Shown: positions 9,860 to 18,082 of the stretch, in pieces
How positions within the stretch are numbered: the first letter of the stretch is position 1
How the letters are laid out: every line of letters begins with the position of its first letter
Assembly: GCA_043745725.1 (NCBI GenBank)
Contig: JAYTSJ010000076.1
Location: 1 to 45,894, forward strand
Direction: 5' to 3'
Origin: Gammaproteobacteria bacterium
GTDB taxonomy: Bacteria; Pseudomonadota; Gammaproteobacteria; Pseudomonadales; Cellvibrionaceae
DNA: 45,894 bases
The notes under the pieces: model-generated
Told to the model about the DNA's origin: nothing
Database searches by the model: none
Seen by the model: only the letters and a program-made list of their open reading frames with translations
Position numbers and translations under genes: made by a program

Positions 9860-11127
9860 AGCGGCTGACCCTTTCCCTGCTATTGGTGGTGATTACTGCC
9901 GTTATTGGCTTGGGTTGGGTTATTGATCAATGGTACAACTCGCAATATGTGCCACAAGAAGATCAAACCATAAAAAATTATCGGCAGTTAAGCAAGCAAT
10001 TACTACAGTTAATTGCTGTCACTGGCGCTAACGAACATACTCTTAGCAGCTGGGCTGAACAATCTTCCGAACAAATTCAAATAACACCCTACTCAGATTT
10101 TCCAGTACCCGAACATCTAAAGAAATTTTTTGAAGCAGGAGAACCATTATTATTAGAATCCGGCGCGAAAATTTCATTACATTATTATCTGCCACAGCAA
10201 CAAGCTGTTGCATCATTTAACTTTCTGAGCAATTCACACCAGGCAACCAATTCAACATTAAGCTGGCTCTTAACGCTGCTGTTTTACGCGGGTGTCGTAT
10301 TGCTATTGCTAATCTGGTTGTATCCTCTATTAAACCGTTTAAATTTATTACGCCGTAGTGCACGAGCATTTGGCGCAGGAGATTTAAGTGTTCGGATCCC
10401 CAAAGGAAAAGTTTCTTACATTACCGATATTGAAAAAGAATTTAATCGAATGGCGCAAAAAATTGAGCACTTAATTAGCGATAATAAATTATTGTCGCGT
10501 GGGTTATCGCACGACTTGCGCACACCTATAGCACGCTTACGTTTTGGTTTAGATGTACTGGAAGAAGGAATACTCACTGACACACAACAAAAAACCTTAG
10601 CGCATTTAAATCGTGACTTAATCGCAATGGAATCGCTCGTAGAAACTTTATTAAAATACGCACGATTAGAACAAACTAATATTGCGCTTAAAACCGAGCC
10701 CCTAAACTTACACACATTATTAACCGAGCTGGTTGAGCACTTTTACAGCGACGCCGTTATAGTGCAAAATCAAAATTTAACGATTGAACCAATTATTGTT
10801 GCTGATGCCGAATACTTAACAATGTTATTGCACAACCTACTACAAAATGCCGAACATCATGGCAACGGGAAAATCATTGCTGGATTGGAGAGTGATGCAC
10901 AAACCATAACGCTATTAATAGAAGATAACGGCGGCGGCATTCCCATCGCTGAGCGGAAAAATGTATTGAAACCATTTTACCGCGCTAAAGCCGCACAAAA
11001 TACTCAGGGCCACGGCATGGGCCTAGCCATTGTCGATAGAATTGCACAGTGGCATAAAGCAGAAGTTAAGTTAACTGAGTCTGAAAAATTAGGCGGATTA
11101 AAGGTTAGCGTGATTTTTCCACGATAA
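9856..11127 (+). CDS. Sensor histidine kinase (RstB-like)
   Basis: Two TM segments, HAMP, SHDLRTP H-box, N box NLLQNA, G boxes EDNGGG and GMGLAIV. Confidence 0.93.
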   Translation: MKRLTLSLLLVVITAVIGLGWVIDQWYNSQYVPQEDQTIKNYRQLSKQLLQLIAVTGANEHTLSSWAEQSSEQIQITPYSDFPVPEHLKKFFEAGEPLLLESGAKISLHYYLPQQQAVASFNFLSNSHQATNSTLSWLLTLLFYAGVVLLLLIWLYPLLNRLNLLRRSARAFGAGDLSVRIPKGKVSYITDIEKEFNRMAQKIEHLISDNKLLSRGLSHDLRTPIARLRFGLDVLEEGILTDTQQKTLAHLNRDLIAMESLVETLLKYARLEQTNIALKTEPLNLHTLLTELVEHFYSDAVIVQNQNLTIEPIIVADAEYLTMLLHNLLQNAEHHGNGKIIAGLESDAQTITLLIEDNGGGIPIAERKNVLKPFYRAKAAQNTQGHGMGLAIVDRIAQWHKAEVKLTESEKLGGLKVSVIFPR

Positions 11128-11228
11128 ATTTATTTTATCTTGCATTAGCGATTACGGTATTTTTATAGCCTGTTATTTTTATGCTGATTTTTTAATGGCA
11201 ACCACAACATTATTAGGATTTTAAATTT

Positions 11229-12266
11229 ATGCGTTTTATCGCTACCATTTTTTTATTGCTATTTTCTATTACTGCTTCTGCACAAACAGAATCCATCAAC
11301 AGTGACAGTCAAAATGCTGAGGCTATTTCTCTGCCTGTCACGAACCCCGTTGTCACAGACCCTATTGAAGAAGTACTAGTGATTGGCGAACAATCAGGCC
11401 CAGGTTTGTGGAAAGCCTCTAAAGGGGATCATGTACTTTGGATAATGGGTACACTCAAACCCTTACCTAAAAAAATGACCTGGCGTTCACGCCAAGTAGA
11501 ATCTGTGCTAGCACAATCACAAGAATATATAACCCCCCCGAGTGTGAATGTGCATCTGAACATTAATGCTTTTAGTAAAATTATGTTGCTGCCATCACTC
11601 ATAGGTATACGCAATAATCCTGACAGAAAAACGCTAAAGGAAATTATACCCGCAGAGCTTTATACGCGCTGGCTAGCACTTAAAGCAAAATATATTGGAC
11701 GCAATAGCAGTATTGAAAATTGGCGTCCGATATTTGCAGCGCGCGAGCTTTACGAACAAGCAGTCGAAAAAAGTGGCCTTACCGATGAAACCAATATCAT
11801 GGCTGTTTTAAGTAAAATTGCAAAAGAAAATAAAGTCACCAAAGCCGGACCAGGAACCACAACTGAACTCGACAAGCCCAAAGAAATTATTAAAAAATTT
11901 AAACAAATGCCAATGGATGATGTCGCTTGTTTTGCCAAAACCATTACGCGCCTTGAAACCGATCTTGAAGCTATGCGGGCTCGCGCCAACGCTTGGGCGA
12001 TAGGTGACGTAGCTGCCTTGCGCCAGCTTCCCGACGCGGATCAGGATGAAATTTGTAATGCAGCAGTATTCAATGCCGCATTGGCAGAAGAACATGGCCT
12101 ACAAAATGTTCCTCAGCAAAAACAAGATTTCTGGATTGCAGAAGCGGAAAATTCGTTAGCAAAAAATGAATCAACCTTTTCTATTTTGCCAATTATTGAA
12201 TTGTTAAAACCGAATGGGTATTTAGCGGTATTGCGTGATAGGGGATATGTAATTGATGAGCCATAA
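11229..12266 (+). CDS. TraB/GumN (Tiki-like) family exported protein
   Basis: Signal peptide, PGLWK...LWIMGT, AWAIGD and LRDRGY.I motifs. Confidence 0.85.
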   Translation: MRFIATIFLLLFSITASAQTESINSDSQNAEAISLPVTNPVVTDPIEEVLVIGEQSGPGLWKASKGDHVLWIMGTLKPLPKKMTWRSRQVESVLAQSQEYITPPSVNVHLNINAFSKIMLLPSLIGIRNNPDRKTLKEIIPAELYTRWLALKAKYIGRNSSIENWRPIFAARELYEQAVEKSGLTDETNIMAVLSKIAKENKVTKAGPGTTTELDKPKEIIKKFKQMPMDDVACFAKTITRLETDLEAMRARANAWAIGDVAALRQLPDADQDEICNAAVFNAALAEEHGLQNVPQQKQDFWIAEAENSLAKNESTFSILPIIELLKPNGYLAVLRDRGYVIDEP

Positions 12267-12310
12267 TGAAGTATGCAATGTCGCTGCAAATTGATTTACT
12301 TTCTTAGAAA

Positions 12311-12348
12311 AAAATCCCTTACACATTGAAATGTATGTAAGGGATTTT
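12311..12348. terminator. Bidirectional intrinsic terminator
   Basis: AAAATCCCTTACA ... TGTAAGGGATTTT between convergent genes. Confidence 0.8.
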
Positions 12349-12486
12349 CACATTTAATTGCACTATCGCTTGATTAAAGTCCACACTAGCTAATTTGCTG
12401 GCGTGTATTCAGTAAATTTAAAAAAATAATTTTCTTTACGGCTATTAAATTTATTAGCCTAAAAATAATTATTGCAGCAATCACTT

Positions 12487-14436
12487 TTATTGTAATAACC
12501 AGCGTTGTTGATCGCCGCCGTTCCAACCCCATTGAACAAGCTTCATTCCATTTGCTGCAGAGCTGGAGTTATCCAGCGCAGCGCCACTTGCTTTGTTCCA
12601 GATTTTGTAACTGCCATCGGCTTGTTGATCGATCCACCAGCGTTGGTTGTCATTACGATTAACAGACCACAATACTGGCTGAGCACCATTGGTTGCTGTA
12701 CTACCCGGCACATCCAATGCTTTCCACGCCGGTATGCTGATAATGTTCCAGGAAGCATCCTCGTTTTGCGTTAATAGCCATTTTTGGTTTTGTCCGTAAT
12801 TCAAGCCCCACTGAACAACTCCAACACCATCAGCAATCAGACCGCCGCTGTCAATTGCAATACCATTTTGCTTGCTAACAATGGTATGAATACCGCCAAT
12901 GTTGTTGGGCTTGGCGGTTGGTGTGTATTGCAACCAAGCAACTCCGCTGGCGAATTTACTGGTGATCATAGTATTGTCGATTGGTGTTTTTTCCGTCCAA
13001 CCATTCCAGGTGATGTTGTAGTCAGTGCGACGGTTATTCCAAATAGCAGTCGCGTTTTGTTGCAGCCAAGGGTAGTAATTATCCCATTCACGGTTATCGC
13101 GAATGAAGTGCCCGGCACCACGCGCCATTTCATCGGCCCAAGTATTCAAGTACCCAGCGTTGTTGCTAATAACCCCATTATTCGTCATATGATTGCGGGT
13201 GTAATCAATGGCCTTTTTGGCGTAGTCGCGATATTTCGCATCGCCCGTAGCCAAATACAACAGGTGGGAGTAGTTCGCAAAAGTGCCCTGATTGTAAACA
13301 GCTGAGCCCTTATCAATCACGCCGCTACGATTAACAGACGCGTAAACCTGGCCGCTATTTTGGTCATATACATGGGTGACAACCCAGGCATGAATTTGGA
13401 TCGCGCGATCGAGATACCATTGATCATGGATACTTTGGTAAATCATGACCGCTGCGGTACCAAGGCTATCGTTAGACAGCGGGTTTTTGCCGATGCCAGC
13501 GGTTTCATTCGCTGGAGTTTTTTCCGGTTGCTGTTCCCAGATACCACCATCGTTATAGACGGTATCCCAACCGCGAGCCCACGCCATATCGAAACCGTAT
13601 CTCGCTGCCGTCAAGTAAGACGCGTTACCGGTAATTTGATAGCCGCGCATTAGCATGATGGCGTTCCAACCTATGTCATCATTCCAACCGTCCCAATCCC
13701 ATGGCGTCGGCATATCTTTCAGCCAGCCGGCGCAGAACTTGTCGACCAATGTTTTTAGATCAGCACGCCCGGTGCGGTCGTAAGCATCCTCTACCGACAT
13801 AATGTCCAGTGCAGCTACCCAACCGTCATCATTCTTCGTCGCATTGAATGAGTTTTTAAAATTGGTTTTGCCGCCTGACTCAATCATAAACGCTTTCAGA
13901 TATCCGTTAAGCGATGCGTCAGCATTTGGGTTGCTTACCGCATTAGGATTACCGGTAGTACCGTTGGCGGTGATATTGATCCAATTCAAGTTGAAGCCGC
14001 CAGTAGCAGCAAACACCCCGAGATAGTAGGTGCCTGCTGGTAAGGTTACTGTCTGCGAAACGGTAGCCCAATTTTGCCATCCGCCGGTATTAGGAACATT
14101 GACGCTGCCCAACTGGTTGGCGCCCGCATTGTAATCAGATGCGATAACTGCATTGGAATTGGGTGAGGCGACGCGATATTGGATGGTGTAACTACCAGCA
14201 CTTGGAACCGTTATGGAATAAGTCAGCCAATCGCCAGTATCTATCCAGCCGACATTCTGAGTACCTTCACTGGAAGCTTCCAGTTGGATACCAGACATAG
14301 AATTGTATGCCTCAGCTTCAATTTTACCGGGAATAGTTGCGGCTACAGCAATACTGCTTGCAGCTATGCCTATACAGGCAACCGCACCCATGGAGATAAT
14401 GTTTTTCACTAATATGTTTTTGAAATCAAGCTGCAT
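12487..14436 (-). CDS. Secreted CBM6-GH76-ricin (CBM13) putative endo-alpha-1,6-mannanase, copy A
   Basis: IEAE/GWIDTGDW/TGGWQNW (CBM6); WNDDIGW catalytic DD, GGIW, YNQG (GH76); QxW ricin repeats. Confidence 0.9.
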   Translation of the reverse strand: MQLDFKNILVKNIISMGAVACIGIAASSIAVAATIPGKIEAEAYNSMSGIQLEASSEGTQNVGWIDTGDWLTYSITVPSAGSYTIQYRVASPNSNAVIASDYNAGANQLGSVNVPNTGGWQNWATVSQTVTLPAGTYYLGVFAATGGFNLNWINITANGTTGNPNAVSNPNADASLNGYLKAFMIESGGKTNFKNSFNATKNDDGWVAALDIMSVEDAYDRTGRADLKTLVDKFCAGWLKDMPTPWDWDGWNDDIGWNAIMLMRGYQITGNASYLTAARYGFDMAWARGWDTVYNDGGIWEQQPEKTPANETAGIGKNPLSNDSLGTAAVMIYQSIHDQWYLDRAIQIHAWVVTHVYDQNSGQVYASVNRSGVIDKGSAVYNQGTFANYSHLLYLATGDAKYRDYAKKAIDYTRNHMTNNGVISNNAGYLNTWADEMARGAGHFIRDNREWDNYYPWLQQNATAIWNNRRTDYNITWNGWTEKTPIDNTMITSKFASGVAWLQYTPTAKPNNIGGIHTIVSKQNGIAIDSGGLIADGVGVVQWGLNYGQNQKWLLTQNEDASWNIISIPAWKALDVPGSTATNGAQPVLWSVNRNDNQRWWIDQQADGSYKIWNKASGAALDNSSSAANGMKLVQWGWNGGDQQRWLLQ

Positions 14437-14488
14437 TTTATTGCCTCGTTAATAAGTGAATAAGTTAAAAAGCAGACGTTATCCTGTT

Positions 14489-14506
14489 GATGAAAACGTT
14501 TTCATC
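14489..14506. promoter_or_regulatory. LacI-family-type operator palindrome
   Basis: Perfect 18-bp palindrome GATGAAAACGTTTTCATC, 53 bp upstream of the GH76 start; core repeated at 38907-38920. Confidence 0.7.
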
Positions 14507-14644
14507 GCGACACGGAATAACCCCGCCATATTTTTTGATTTCCCCCTACTTGCGACGTATATTTCGTCGCTCTTTTACTACAGAAAAATGCTCAAATCAG
14601 AGTGGCACACGGCCACAGCTTCAACTCTGTTTCTACCATGTCGA

Positions 14645-15883
14645 TCAAGGCCGCCATTTTTGATTGTCACCGCCATTACAGGTCCAAACGTTAACGGGAG
14701 TATTGTTTGTGTTACCCCATCCAGCCGCATCCAAACATAAGCCAGTATTGTTTGCTGGGTTCAGCGTATAGCCACCTGTTTGGGGCGTTGCTCTCCAAGC
14801 CTGCGCGAGCGACCCATCGCATGGTCTCAGCGTTACCGGTGAACCTTTTATTGTGCCTGAAGCGCTTAAGCAAAAAGCGCCAAGAGAGGTGGCTATGTTG
14901 TAATAGCCTGCAGGCGTTACGTTAAGGTCGGAGAAAACCCAGGATTGATTGGCGGAGTTTTGCGATTGCCACAGAATGATCGGATTGTCGTAGCGCAAGT
15001 CGGCCGCGTAATCATCCAATGCCATTGCTTGAGCGTGCGCTGGATGAAGGAAGTGAGCACCGTTGCTTGGCCCAATAGGTGTTGAGTCGCCAACCCAACC
15101 TTTAGCAATTACTAGTTTCACACCAGCATTCCAAGCGTCTGCCATCTTTTTGTAACCAGTGTCGTTAGGATGTAAGCCATCGCTTAGATCAGCGTTTGAG
15201 ACACTGTCCATACTAACCAAAGCAATATGCTTGCCCTGATTCGCACGGGACTCCACGGTAAAACGTGTTTGATTGTTGTAGTTGATGATTCGCGACTCAG
15301 TGGTGTCATTAGATGAGCGAATTATTGCTGCCACCAATACAGTCGCGTCCGGTGCTGCCGAAAAGATCTGATCGATCAACGCTGCCAACCGATTCGGAGC
15401 TGTGTCGACTTGAAAGTTACCGTTTAGATCATTCGACCCTATATGCAACAACACAATATTAGGCCGGTATTGGGTGATAGCACCTGTCGCTATTGAAGCA
15501 ATTTGATCAATGCGCCAACCACTGTGCCCTTCATGTTCAGGGTCGCTCATCACACCGTCGCGTATTGAGCCAACAAAATCCAGCGTTTTTACTTGCCCAA
15601 CCAACTGATCGTATAGCGGACCACGATAACCATTATTATTGGAGCTACGAAAACCTGAAGTGATCGAATCACCCATCGGCATTACCCGAAGATTTTGCGC
15701 ATGAGCAGATGCCACAGTTAGTGGTAGCAAAATACTCACTACTATTGAAGCAAGTGAGAATGACTTATTGTGATATATATTTTTGGCGCGAGAAATTGCC
15801 ATGGATGTATTGACTGTGGGCGCTAGCCATCTCCTCAAAAACATTGCCCTCAGCAGCGTTATGATTTTCATAAATTTTTGCAT
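14645..15883 (-). CDS. Secreted SGNH/GDSL carbohydrate esterase (CE3-like) with ricin domain, copy A
   Basis: RVMPMGDSIT, HEGHSGW, HIGSND, DGLHP; QxW repeats. Confidence 0.9.
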   Translation of the reverse strand: MQKFMKIITLLRAMFLRRWLAPTVNTSMAISRAKNIYHNKSFSLASIVVSILLPLTVASAHAQNLRVMPMGDSITSGFRSSNNNGYRGPLYDQLVGQVKTLDFVGSIRDGVMSDPEHEGHSGWRIDQIASIATGAITQYRPNIVLLHIGSNDLNGNFQVDTAPNRLAALIDQIFSAAPDATVLVAAIIRSSNDTTESRIINYNNQTRFTVESRANQGKHIALVSMDSVSNADLSDGLHPNDTGYKKMADAWNAGVKLVIAKGWVGDSTPIGPSNGAHFLHPAHAQAMALDDYAADLRYDNPIILWQSQNSANQSWVFSDLNVTPAGYYNIATSLGAFCLSASGTIKGSPVTLRPCDGSLAQAWRATPQTGGYTLNPANNTGLCLDAAGWGNTNNTPVNVWTCNGGDNQKWRP

Positions 15884-16670
15884 GATTAAAATTTCCTAAA
15901 AGTTATTTTTATTTACATTAGGTTACAAGCGTGCGGTATGTTCAGAACGGCACTACCGCAACTCAATAAAGATTTGCGTAGACTCCGAGAAACCAGCGGG
16001 GCGAATTTAGCAGAAACTTTTTGTGTTGGGGCTCGACTATTTTTTGTCGAACGCTATTTTTTTACGTGTAAATGCGCATAAAAGGTTCGAGTATTGGTAG
16101 ATGAACTCGTTAATAAAGTTTTCATCACTTCAACTTCAAATAAATCATCAAAAAAAGTTACACTTAACTTCATATTAAAAAAACAAAAAAAAATTAAAAA
16201 TAACACTACGATAAACCCACAAATTTATAATTATACCTTTTAAATCATGACGTTAGAGTCACGCGAGCCCGCGCAATAACCCCAACCGACATTGAATGCT
16301 GGCGCATAAAGCAATATTGATTGATTAGTATTAGTTTTCTTATTAAATGTCCCACTTCAAAGTGATACTCTTTTATCTCGTTGGAAAATATCTAGAAAAA
16401 TAATTTTTAATAATCGCGAACCACATCACACCAGTCGTTCGAGTTGAAAAATTAGCTGTGGAGTGTGCCACTTACGTAAATCCCCTTGGAACATGCAAAC
16501 CTAAAATAAATCTCAAAAAAAATTTGTAAAATGTGAAATACGTCTCTAAAAGTTAGTTTCAAAAAAATAATATGTTCACGCCTCGCAATTAAAAATAGGG
16601 GTGGCACTTAGCCAGAGCAACCGTTTAAAAGGGACGAATTTACAGCACAACCCTAACAGGAAAAATTGGG
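15884..16670 (-). promoter_or_regulatory. Long conserved upstream regulatory region, copy 1
   Basis: Aligns by eye in blocks with 40597-41400; conserved extended -10-like TGnTAAATT on the minus strand at 16004-16012. Confidence 0.65.
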
Positions 16671-17139
16671 TGCCTAACGTAAATAGCTGGCGCCTAAATG
16701 GTTATCACCTAAAAATAATCGGCACGTAAATATACAGACAAGAGTAAGACGCTTAAGCACAAGCCTGTTTAGTTGCAATGACTTTCTCACCATCAGTTCA
16801 TTTTTTTACGAGCCCCCAATCATTGTTGGAGGAGCGTTAATTGGGCAGCTCATATCAACAACAATTTTAAATATGTGATTAGATTGATTTTTGTAACAAG
16901 GAAGATCAGTTTTTGGCGTTTTAGTAAAGCCACAAGCCGTATAACATCTGCCGCAAGATAATCTATACCAACGTAACAAGGTCATGCATTTGGATTTAAT
17001 ATCAACAAAATCCAGCGGCTATGGTTGGCATATTTTCTAAAACATTCCCCCGTTAATTTATAAAATCTTTAATAAAAAATCAGAAAATAAGACATTATGT
17101 GACAAAAAAAATTTGAAATATCCATTTGTTAACTGACAA

Positions 17140-17180
17140 ATGATGGCGTTAGCAATCAATCTGATTGCTAACGCCATCAT
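17140..17180. repeat. Perfect 19-bp inverted repeat
   Basis: ATGATGGCGTTAGCAATCA-atc-TGATTGCTAACGCCATCAT. Confidence 0.9.
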
Positions 17181-17219
17181 GATAAAATTTTAGCTATAAC
17201 CTTAGAAAATTAAAATATT

Positions 17220-17271
17220 TTGTGCATAGATGTTCTCTCCCTATACTCACCTGCAACTTGTCATAACAAGT
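17220..17271 (+). promoter_or_regulatory. Sigma70-like promoter plus GntR (HutC-type) operator
   Basis: TTGTGC ... TATACT (17242-17247) followed by palindrome ACTTGT-CATA-ACAAGT (17256-17271). Confidence 0.65.
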
Positions 17272-17308
17272 ACTAACACCTAGATACATTTAAACTTCTG
17301 GCGATTCA

Positions 17309-18082
17309 ATGAGCAAATATCAAAATCTTGTACAGTTTTCACCCGTGCCGCTCTACAGCCAGTTAAAAGAATTATTGCGTGCAAAAATTTTGGATGGCAG
17401 CTATTCATCGCATAGCCAAATGCCATCTGAAAGTGAATTGGGAAAAACTTATAAGGTCAGCCGAATTACGGTTCGCCAGGCGTTAAACGACCTGCAAAAA
17501 GAAGGATTGATTTTTAAAATTCACGGCAAAGGAACCTTTGTTGCAAAACCAAAGGCATTTCAAAACGTAAGCAAACTGCAAGGTCTTGCAGAAGCTATGT
17601 CGCAAATGGGTTATGAAGTTATTAACCAATTGCGCAGTTTTAAATTTGTTGCGGCCAATGTACAAATTGCTGAGCGATTGAAAATGACTGAAGGCACGCA
17701 GGTTGCTGAAATTAAACGAGTGCGTTTAATTAATCGCGAGCCAGTGTCGCTGGAAATTACCTACGTTCCACAAAGTCTAGGTGAGCAACTTGCGAAAGCT
17801 GATTTAGTGACGCGCGATATTTTTCTCATTATTGAAAATGATTGCGGCATTGCGCTTGGCCATGCGGATTTAGCCATTGATGCAGTGCTTGCTGAAGCAG
17901 AACTTACACAAGCATTAAAAGTGGAAGAAGGTGCGCCCATTATGCGTATCGAGCGTTTAACCCATGCTGCCGATGGCACACCCATAGATTTTGAACATCT
18001 TTATTATCGCGGCGATGCATTTCAATATCATTTACGTATTGATCGCCAGGGTACAAATAGCAAGGTAAGCGAGGCAGAGTAA
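17309..18082 (+). CDS. GntR-family (HutC/UTRA) transcriptional regulator
   Basis: PLYSQL, PSESEL...VSRITVRQAL, GKGTFV; UTRA C-terminal domain. Confidence 0.95.
   Translation: MSKYQNLVQFSPVPLYSQLKELLRAKILDGSYSSHSQMPSESELGKTYKVSRITVRQALNDLQKEGLIFKIHGKGTFVAKPKAFQNVSKLQGLAEAMSQMGYEVINQLRSFKFVAANVQIAERLKMTEGTQVAEIKRVRLINREPVSLEITYVPQSLGEQLAKADLVTRDIFLIIENDCGIALGHADLAIDAVLAEAELTQALKVEEGAPIMRIERLTHAADGTPIDFEHLYYRGDAFQYHLRIDRQGTNSKVSEAE

Larger units (their letters stand above)
12380..16670 (-). repeat. Copy 1 of duplicated alpha-mannan locus (homologous to parts of 31230-41400)
   Basis: Shared GH76 gene, 3' flank, operator segment, SGNH gene and about 800 bp upstream; boundaries approximate. Confidence 0.85.

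Noticed and set aside
16670-17140. Pseudogene in the ORF-free stretch
   Set aside because: The frames I translated by hand gave no recognisable protein; BLASTX would be needed
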